From Bacteriovoracia bacterium (GTDB lineage: Bacteria > Bdellovibrionota > UBA1018 > JBFWNL01), in the NCBI GenBank assembly GCA_050251055.1, contig JBFWNL010000003.1, forward strand, positions 115,105 to 147,104: 32,000 nucleotides of DNA, written 5' to 3'. The notes beneath the pieces were generated by a model that worked only from the letters and a program-made list of their open reading frames with translations, was not told the origin of the DNA and searched no databases. The position numbers were made by a program, and so were the translations under genes. Shown piece by piece: positions 25,971-32,000 of this stretch. How positions within the stretch are numbered: the stretch's first letter is position 1; the number at the start of each line of letters is the position of its first letter.

Positions 25971-26525
25971 ATGCCCCACCGCTTCCCTCGCTTCGCCGTC
26001 GCGGCCGCCGCGATCGCCCTGGGCGCGCTCTCCTCCGGATGCAGCGTGCTCATTGGCAATGTGAAGCCCGTCGCCGAACATGCGGACGGCTACACGGTGG
26101 CGGAACTCCCAAAGCAAGATGCGAACTGGGCGCCGATCGAACAAGATCCCGGCGCGCCTTCCGATCCCCAGGTGTCCGACTACGCCTACCAATCCAAGCG
26201 GACCGCCTCGATCATCTCGCTCACCACGAACTGTCGTAAGCGAAACGTGGATGAGCCCAAGAACCTCCAGGAGCTGACAAACCTTCTATACATGGGCGTG
26301 GCGAACATCACCGATCGCAACGAGAAGAATTTGACGATCCGGGGCACGCCCGCGCTCGAAACCACCCTGCGCGGAAACCTGAACAACCAGGACATGATGT
26401 TCCGGACCGTGGTCATGCGTCGGGACACCTGCATCTTCGATTTCATGTACATCGCTCGACCGAAGCACTTTCCCGAAGAGGAAAAAACGTTCGGTGAATT
26501 TATTGCCTCCCTGAATTTCAAATAG
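25971..26525 (+). CDS. Hypothetical lipoprotein
   Basis: 184 aa. Lipobox in AAAAIALGALSSGC. I recognise no family. It lies immediately upstream of the Mla-like genes, with a 32-nt gap. Confidence 0.6.
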   Translation: MPHRFPRFAVAAAAIALGALSSGCSVLIGNVKPVAEHADGYTVAELPKQDANWAPIEQDPGAPSDPQVSDYAYQSKRTASIISLTTNCRKRNVDEPKNLQELTNLLYMGVANITDRNEKNLTIRGTPALETTLRGNLNNQDMMFRTVVMRRDTCIFDFMYIARPKHFPEEEKTFGEFIASLNFK

Positions 26526-26557
26526 TCCCCGCAACTGTTTAGCTTTAGACTGACTTC

Positions 26558-27403
26558 ATGGCGTCTTCGACCATCGCTTCCATCGACGCGGGCAATCCCG
26601 TCGTTCGCGCGTTCAAGAAATTTTCACGCCGATTGGGCGAACGCATGATTTCATCCGTACGCTTCGCGGGCGGCTTCGGATTGTTGAGCCTGCAGATCTT
26701 TCGGGAGATGTTCCGTCCCCCGTATTACCCAAAACTGCTGATCGATCAGGTCTTCCACCTCGGCATAAAATCTTTCCTGCTCACCACGGTGGTGGGCTTG
26801 GCCACCGGTTCCGTCATGGCCCTGCAGTTCGGCTACGGCCTCGAGAAGTTCGGCGGTAAAATGTATGTGCCCAAGATTGTCGCGCTCGCGATTTTGCGCG
26901 AAATGGGCCCCGTTTTCACTAGCCTTTTGCTCGCCGGCCGCATCGGCTCGGGCATTGCCTCCGAAGTCGCCTCGATGAACGTGACCCAGCAAATCGACGC
27001 CATCCGCGCGCTGGGAACCAGTCCCATCAAAAAGATTGTCATCCCGCGCCTCATGGCCAGCATGATCGCGTTGCCGATCCTTACCCTCTTCTCCGATTAC
27101 ATCGGGATTTTCGGTGCCATGCTCGTGTCGCTGCACGAACTGAACATCAACACCGAATACTTCATCGCCACCGCCGTCGATTCCCTCCGCATGACCGATC
27201 TGCTGACGGGCATGGCCAAAACCGTCGTGTTTGCCTACTTTATATCCGTCGCCGCATGCTGGAAGGGCCTGAACACCGAGCGGGGCACGCAGGGCGTGGG
27301 CAACACCACGACCTGGGTGGTCGTCGCCTCGAGCATCTTCATCATGGTCAGCGACTTTTTTCTAACGAAGTTGTTTATCCTGACGGTTTACGACAAAGGT
27401 TAA
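26558..27403 (+). CDS. mlaE: MlaE-family ABC transporter permease
   Basis: 281 aa. The motifs REMGPVFTSLLLAGRIGSGIASEVASMNVTQQIDAIRALGTSPIKKIVIPRLMA are the MlaE/YrbE/Ttg2B signature. Confidence 0.9.
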   Translation: MASSTIASIDAGNPVVRAFKKFSRRLGERMISSVRFAGGFGLLSLQIFREMFRPPYYPKLLIDQVFHLGIKSFLLTTVVGLATGSVMALQFGYGLEKFGGKMYVPKIVALAILREMGPVFTSLLLAGRIGSGIASEVASMNVTQQIDAIRALGTSPIKKIVIPRLMASMIALPILTLFSDYIGIFGAMLVSLHELNINTEYFIATAVDSLRMTDLLTGMAKTVVFAYFISVAACWKGLNTERGTQGVGNTTTWVVVASSIFIMVSDFFLTKLFILTVYDKG

Positions 27404-27408
27404 GCCAA

Positions 27409-28191
27409 ATGGCCTCGCGGGAGAAATCCAACTCAAACGACGTGGTGCTGGATGTGCGAGGCCTCCATAAGGCGTACGGAACCAAGCGTGTCCACCGCGG
27501 GGTTTCGTTTCAGCTTTATCGGCACGAGATCCTGGGATTGTTCGGCGGATCCGGCAGTGGCAAGAGCGTGATCTTACGCTCGATCATCGGGCTGGAAAAA
27601 CCCGACGAGGGGCAGATCATTTTCGACGGTCAGGACATCACCCAGCTAACCGAGGAGGAACTATTTAAGGTACGCACCCATATCGGCTATGTGTTCCAAA
27701 ATGGCGCGCTATTCGATTCGCTGAGCGTGGAGGAAAACCTCACTTATCCGCTCGAAGCCCACACGCAGCTCACGCCCACGGAAATCCACGCCAAGGTGAA
27801 CAAGATGCTCGAAACGGTGGACATGAAAGGTAGCAATGACCTGCTGCCGTCGGAGCTGTCGGGGGGCATGCAAAAACGCGCGGGACTGGCGCGGGCGATC
27901 ATCCTGGAACCCGAGATCATCCTTTTCGACGAGCCGACCGCGGGCCTGGACCCTACTAACACGCGACGCCTCACGGAAAACGTCAAGCGACTGAAAGCGA
28001 ACGGCATCACGGGAATCTTCGTCACCCACGATATCCCAAGCGCGTTCGAAATCGCCGACCGTATCGCCATCCTGAATGAGGGCCGCATCGCCGTCTGTGA
28101 CACGGTCGAGAATATCAAGAAGTCCAAAGACCCGCTTGTGCAATCATTTATCGCCGAGGCGCTGGGACTACACGGAGAGCACGCAAGATGA
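27409..28191 (+). CDS. mlaF: MlaF-family ABC transporter ATPase
   Basis: The start is ATG 27409; the ORF-track start at 27256 lies inside mlaE. Walker A GGSGSGKS, signature LSGGMQKRAGLARA, Walker B ILFDEPTAGLD, and H-loop VTHD. Confidence 0.9.
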   Translation: MASREKSNSNDVVLDVRGLHKAYGTKRVHRGVSFQLYRHEILGLFGGSGSGKSVILRSIIGLEKPDEGQIIFDGQDITQLTEEELFKVRTHIGYVFQNGALFDSLSVEENLTYPLEAHTQLTPTEIHAKVNKMLETVDMKGSNDLLPSELSGGMQKRAGLARAIILEPEIILFDEPTAGLDPTNTRRLTENVKRLKANGITGIFVTHDIPSAFEIADRIAILNEGRIAVCDTVENIKKSKDPLVQSFIAEALGLHGEHAR

Positions 28192-28985
28192 AAAAAGGCA
28201 TGGAAATCGAAATGAAGGTAGGGCTGTTCATCAGCGTGGGGGTGCTGCTGATCATGTTCGCGGTTATCCTGCTGGGCGGGGTCGAAACCTTCCTCACCCG
28301 CCACTCTCTCTATACCGTGCATTACTCCGACTCGGAGGGCGTGATCAAGGGAGCCAAAGTCGCCCTGAACGGAATTCGCGTGGGCATCGTGGAGAACGTG
28401 CGCTTCGACGAGCAGACGAACGACATTGCCATCGATCTTTCTATTAACCACTCTCTCACTCACCTAATCCGCCAGAACGCGGTCGCCGAAATCGCGACCC
28501 AGGGCGTGCTGGGGGACAAATACATCTACATCAAGGCCACCCAAGACGGCTCCCCCGCCCTTCCTCCGGGTTCCACCATCACCTCCGGGACCGGCAAGAA
28601 TCTCACCCAGTTCCTGAGCAGCGGCGAAGAGCTCATGGTGTCGCTTAAGTCCATCGCCCGTAACCTCGACGAGATCCTAAAAGGCTTCCGCGTGAACAAC
28701 CGCTCCGACATCTTCTTCGACAGCCTCACCAAGACCTCCAAGAACATGGCCGAGCTCACGCACAAGCTCAACCAGGAGATGGACCACATCAAGATTAAGA
28801 GCGCGATCGGCAACCTCGACTCGATCATGGCTAAGATCAATAACGGGACCGGCACCCTTGGGGCGCTGGTCAACGACTCCAGCCTCTACGAAGACGTGCG
28901 CTCGCTCTTCGGCGGGGTTAGCCGCAACCGGATCATGCGCAACCTCGTACGCAAGACCGTGAAGGACAACGAAAACAAAGAATAG
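28188..28985 (+). CDS. mlaD: MlaD-like MCE-domain protein
   Basis: N-terminal TM (VGLFISVGVLLIMFAVILLGG). MCE domain (YTVHYSDSEGVIKGAKVALNGIRVGIVENVRFD...). Helical C-terminal region. ATGA overlap with mlaF. Confidence 0.85.
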   Translation: MKKGMEIEMKVGLFISVGVLLIMFAVILLGGVETFLTRHSLYTVHYSDSEGVIKGAKVALNGIRVGIVENVRFDEQTNDIAIDLSINHSLTHLIRQNAVAEIATQGVLGDKYIYIKATQDGSPALPPGSTITSGTGKNLTQFLSSGEELMVSLKSIARNLDEILKGFRVNNRSDIFFDSLTKTSKNMAELTHKLNQEMDHIKIKSAIGNLDSIMAKINNGTGTLGALVNDSSLYEDVRSLFGGVSRNRIMRNLVRKTVKDNENKE

Positions 28986-29017
28986 ACGACGCCCGAGGGT
29001 TTCGGGTAAACCCTAAG

Positions 29018-29043
29018 GCGCACTGCGGCATATCCGCATGCGC
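29018..29043 (+). terminator. Bulged 10-bp stem-loop after mlaD (A8 rather than T-run downstream)
   Basis: GCGCA-c-TGCGG-catat-CCGCA-TGCGC is followed by cgcatctAAAAAAAA. A second hairpin, AGGGTTT-cgggt-AAACCCT, lies at 28996-29014. Non-canonical for either strand. Confidence 0.3.
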
Positions 29044-29096
29044 CGCATCTAAAAAAAACACTCGGATCGCTTTTGCTTTGATGCTACCCCCGGGGC

Positions 29097-29951
29097 ATGA
29101 ATTCCAATCCGTTACGCTGGCTTACCCTCATCGCGGCTCTATTCGTGGCCTGCGGCCCCCTCCCCCAGTCGAATCGGGCTTTTCAGGTGACAAATGGCTT
29201 CCGCGACTTCGAAGGATATTGGGTGGCTGAATATCCACTCGACCAGGAAGGCATCGCTATGGTCTTCCGTATCGATGCCGCCGGCAAATACGAAGTCTTG
29301 CAAAGCGATCCCGTCCGAAAGCTTAGCTTTCAGCCCGTACGGCTAGCCGTGGACCCCGATCAGACGGGCGCCCTCCTCACGGAAACGCTAGCTCAAGGGA
29401 AGACCGCATCGCTCCGGCCAACCCGCCTGCTCACTAGCGAACGCCTGCTGATTGAATCGACCGCTAAAAGCCTTTCCGGTTTCGACTTCACCGCTCGCCG
29501 GGTATCCCCCGAAGCAGCGGAGGCCCGAATCCAGCGGATACAGGTCCGCCTCGATCATCCGGACGCGGTGATCGATAAGCTCAAGCGCCGCGCGCGCGGG
29601 CGCTGGCGGCTTACCTCCTATACGATTTACCGCAACGAGACGATCATTGAGCAACACAGCGCACGTACTGCGATCGAGCCCGCCGCTTGGATGCGTGAAC
29701 TCGACATCTCTTCTGATCGCGTCGTCTACAACGGTGGCACGCATTCCAGCCCGATTTACTATAACCCCCTCTCGCTCTCGTTCAACCTCATCCCCAAGCC
29801 GGCGGGGGAAACCGGCGACTGGAAGACCTTTTATTTCAGCGAAGAGGCCGCTTGGCCTCTCTGCGTCTATACGCGGGAATGGAAAAGGGGCAACGAGGCG
29901 GGCGAGCGGGTCGGCACCCGCCGTGAACTTTGCTATACCCGAAAAAAATAA
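29097..29951 (+). CDS. Hypothetical lipoprotein
   Basis: 284 aa. Lipobox in LTLIAALFVAC. I recognise no family. Confidence 0.6.
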   Translation: MNSNPLRWLTLIAALFVACGPLPQSNRAFQVTNGFRDFEGYWVAEYPLDQEGIAMVFRIDAAGKYEVLQSDPVRKLSFQPVRLAVDPDQTGALLTETLAQGKTASLRPTRLLTSERLLIESTAKSLSGFDFTARRVSPEAAEARIQRIQVRLDHPDAVIDKLKRRARGRWRLTSYTIYRNETIIEQHSARTAIEPAAWMRELDISSDRVVYNGGTHSSPIYYNPLSLSFNLIPKPAGETGDWKTFYFSEEAAWPLCVYTREWKRGNEAGERVGTRRELCYTRKK

Positions 29952-29977
29952 GGCCGGTACCCTTGCGGACACCGGCC
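29941..29977 (-). terminator. Rho-independent terminator for the second sigma-54 activator gene
   Basis: The minus strand reads GGCCGGT-gtccgcaagggt-ACCGGCC followed by TTATTTTTTTC, starting 30 nt after the stop at 30008. The T-tract overlaps the last codons of the convergent lipoprotein gene. On the plus strand the same stem is followed only by TTAAGTATT. Confidence 0.6.
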
Positions 29978-30007
29978 TTAAGTATTCTAGCTTTTACCGA
30001 ACGGCGC

Positions 30008-31123
30008 TTAGGCGGAGCCGCTCATGCTGCCCATGTCCATCTCGGCGCCTTCGCGATTCTTCGCGGCCGGGACGATCATGCCGCGCTTGCGGAGTTTTTC
30101 CACAAGCGTGGTGCGGTTCATGCGGAGCAGTTCCGACGCCCGGTTCTTGTTTCCTTGCGTGCGGGCCAAAGCCTGGTCGATCAGGTGGTTCTCGAAAGCG
30201 GCGACGATGGCCTTGAGGTCCACGCCGACGTTCGGGAGCACCATGCGCGGGAATTCGTTTTCCGAGAAATCGGAGACGGCGCCCGTGCCGGCTGGCTTGG
30301 TTTCGGTGAACTTGCGGAAAATGCGGTGAGGCAGATCGCCCAAGTCGACGGAGCCTTGACCCTTCAGGATCACCAGGCGTTCGATCAGGTTCTCGAGCTC
30401 ACGGACGTTGCCCGGCCAGTCGTAGGCCATCAACGCTTCCATGATCTGGCCGCTCGGGGCTTCGACGTTGTGACCGGTCATCGAGTTGAACTGGGCGATG
30501 AAGTGATTCACGAGCAGTGAGATGTCTTCCTTGCGCTCGCGCAGGGCCGGAATCTTCACGGGGATCACGTTCAGGCGATAATACAGGTCTTCGCGGAATT
30601 CTTTCTTCTGGACAGCCTCTTCCAGGTTGGCGTTCGTCGCCGCGATGATGCGAACGTCGGCTTGAATGGTCTTCGAGGAGCCGACTTGCTCATACTGGCG
30701 GGTCTGAAGCACGCGCAACATCTTCACCTGAAGGTGAAGGGGAAGGTCGCCCACTTCATCCAAGAAAAGCGTGCCGCCTTGGGCCGCTTCGAAACGGCCG
30801 ATGCGGTTTTGGGTCGCGCCGGTGAAGGCACCCTTCACATGACCAAAAAGCTCGGCTTCCAGTAGCTCGCCGGGTATGGCGCCGCAGTTCACGATCACCA
30901 GCGGCTTGGTCGCGCGCGTGGAATTTTCGTGGATGGCGCGGGCGACGAGCTCTTTGCCCGTGCCGCTTTCACCAGTAATTAGCACAGTGCTGTCGCTCTG
31001 CGCTACTTTCTGGATCGTACCCATGATGTTCTGGATTGCTTGGCTGTCCCCAACAAATAACGATTTCAAACTGAGCATCAATGCCCCCCTTTGACCCTTC
31101 CGTGAGTAACGTTTGAGTGTCAT
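30008..31123 (-). CDS. Sigma-54-dependent transcriptional activator (AAA+ plus HTH only), FleQ/FlrA-like C-terminus
   Basis: Walker [12 protein letters not shown], then EAELFGHVKGAFTGA (GAFTGA loop), then the C-terminal HTH GNKNRASELLRMNRTTLVEKLRKRGM. ATG 31123 has no obvious Shine-Dalgarno. The alternative ATG 31078 is preceded by AGGGGGG. With either start, fewer than 50 aa precede the AAA+ core. Confidence 0.9.
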   Translation of the reverse strand: MTLKRYSRKGQRGALMLSLKSLFVGDSQAIQNIMGTIQKVAQSDSTVLITGESGTGKELVARAIHENSTRATKPLVIVNCGAIPGELLEAELFGHVKGAFTGATQNRIGRFEAAQGGTLFLDEVGDLPLHLQVKMLRVLQTRQYEQVGSSKTIQADVRIIAATNANLEEAVQKKEFREDLYYRLNVIPVKIPALRERKEDISLLVNHFIAQFNSMTGHNVEAPSGQIMEALMAYDWPGNVRELENLIERLVILKGQGSVDLGDLPHRIFRKFTETKPAGTGAVSDFSENEFPRMVLPNVGVDLKAIVAAFENHLIDQALARTQGNKNRASELLRMNRTTLVEKLRKRGMIVPAAKNREGAEMDMGSMSGSA

Positions 31124-31194
31124 TTCTGCGTCGCCTTGGAAGACGCCGCGACAACTTCGTCCAACTCAGCCGTTCAACCCTTGAACCACTGATT

Positions 31195-31211
31195 TGTCAG
31201 ACGTGCTGACA
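31195..31211. promoter_or_regulatory. Palindrome TGTCAG-N5-CTGACA upstream of the second activator gene (candidate operator)
   Basis: Perfect 6-bp arms, 72-88 nt upstream of ATG 31123. It lies just downstream of the candidate -10 element of that gene. Confidence 0.3.
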
Positions 31212-31217
31212 TGTAAA

Positions 31218-31246
31218 AGGCTAAGCAAAACTTGCCGGGCTGTCAA
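31218..31246 (-). promoter_or_regulatory. Candidate sigma-70-type promoter of the second activator gene
   Basis: The minus strand reads TTGACA (perfect -35, 31246-31241), a 17-nt spacer, then TAGCCT (a weak -10, 31223-31218). Confidence 0.3.
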
Positions 31247-31439
31247 AATTATTTCTTGAGAAAAATTAGCGACCTAAAAAGTCGAAGCTAAACATCAGGT
31301 TGAGGGTCGAAAAACTGTCGTTTTCTTTCCGCCACTCGAAATCGTCCCGATAGAGAATGCCAGAAATACCCCGCCCAGGCCTCCAGGTGGGTTTTTTGAG
31401 CGCGTTTTCTGACACATTCTCGAGCCTGGTTTTTCCGCA

Positions 31440-31445
31440 TATAAT
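31440..31445 (+). promoter_or_regulatory. Perfect TATAAT -10 box 7 nt before the ATG of the small secreted protein
   Basis: The sequence reads ccgcaTATAATcagaggcATG. This spacing would place the transcription start at or next to the A of the ATG. Confidence 0.35.
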
Positions 31446-31452
31446 CAGAGGC

Positions 31453-31869
31453 ATGAACGCTTTTCCCCGAGTTTGGATAGTCACCTTGGTCGTTTCGGCT
31501 TCCTGGCCTAGCTTCGCGGCCGACCTGGATCCGGCTCAAGCCGAAGCCTTAGCGAAAACGCAGGCTCTCCTCACCTCCCCGCCAGCAAGAGACAAGGCCG
31601 TGTCCGAAAGTCCCGGCGCTCAGAAGGCGGATCAAAATGTAAGGCATCTCCTAGGTAACGGCGGCAACGCCGAAGCGGCTTACGGGATTTCGTCCCAAGT
31701 TTTCGAGGAGCTGATTCGGGAGAATGGCGGGGATTCTGCCAAAGCCCAGGAGATCTTAGAGAACGCCCAGCGGGACCCGACGAGCTTCTATCAAAGCCTC
31801 AGCCCCGAAAGTCGGCAAGCCATCCAAGATTTGTCAAAAAAGGCAGGACAGGCAACCCACCAGCCCTAG
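31453..31869 (+). CDS. Small secreted hypothetical protein
   Basis: 138 aa from ATG 31453; the ORF-track start at 31357 adds 32 non-signal residues. Signal peptide MNAFPRVWIVTLVVSASWPSFA/AD. The rest is helical and charged. I recognise no family. Confidence 0.5.
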   Translation: MNAFPRVWIVTLVVSASWPSFAADLDPAQAEALAKTQALLTSPPARDKAVSESPGAQKADQNVRHLLGNGGNAEAAYGISSQVFEELIRENGGDSAKAQEILENAQRDPTSFYQSLSPESRQAIQDLSKKAGQATHQP

Positions 31870-31885
31870 CGAAGCCGCACGGGGA

Positions 31886-32000
31886 TTACTCGTTGAATTC
31901 TTTCTTAAGCAGGACGCGGGTTTCTTCGAGGCGGCTCTTCAGCCCGGGAATCTGCTCTTGAAGCTCACGGATCTTCTGCTCGTGACTCCGGACCTGTGCT
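31886..32000 (-). CDS. 3' end of an unidentified coiled-coil protein gene (5' part beyond the right edge)
   Basis: My translation of the minus strand gives ...AQVRSHEQKIRELQEQIPGLKSRLEETRVLLKKEFNE followed by TAA at 31888-31886. Only 37 codons are visible, so the coding call is tentative. Confidence 0.3.
   Translation of the reverse strand, partial: AQVRSHEQKIRELQEQIPGLKSRLEETRVLLKKEFNE

Overview
High-GC (~60%) window dominated by a minus-strand flagellar gene cluster covering the export apparatus, rotor/switch, rod and hook. The order resembles the Bacillus fla/che and Borrelia flgB operons. The right block is [secreted TPR protein]-[sigma-54 activator]-flgB-flgC-fliE-fliF-fliG-fliH-fliI. 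The left block is fliJ-[FlbB/YlxF-like]-fliK-flgD-[TIGR02530-like]-flgE-fliL-fliM-fliN-fliO-fliP-fliQ-fliR-flhB, with flhB running off the left edge. A three-gene transport module on the opposite strand separates the two blocks: a family-3 binding protein, a divergent DAACS/SDF symporter and a PotD-like binding protein. To the right lie a lipoprotein gene, an MlaE/MlaF/MlaD-like ABC module, a second lipoprotein gene, a second sigma-54 activator, a small secreted protein and a partial coiled-coil ORF. The host is a diderm, given the Mla module and lipoboxes; I cannot assign taxonomy from sequence alone. The strongest non-coding call is a consensus sigma-54 promoter (TGGCAC-N5-TTGCT) upstream of the TPR gene. 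Points worth follow-up:
- A 953-aa secreted beta-domain plus TPR protein heads the flagellar operon and may be a periplasmic motor scaffold.
- FliO carries a ~220-aa periplasmic N-terminal domain.
- Both sigma-54 activators lack any N-terminal sensory domain.
- The transport module sits antisense between fliI and fliJ with no terminator at the convergent end.
- Two binding-protein genes are translationally coupled to a symporter whose Na+/substrate motifs are altered.
- FliL contains a His/Gly tandem repeat.
- Two genes have a perfect TATAAT 4-7 nt before their ATG and may be leaderless.
I saw no rRNA, tRNA, CRISPR array, transposase or integrase. All homology statements come from reading motifs by eye, not from database searches.
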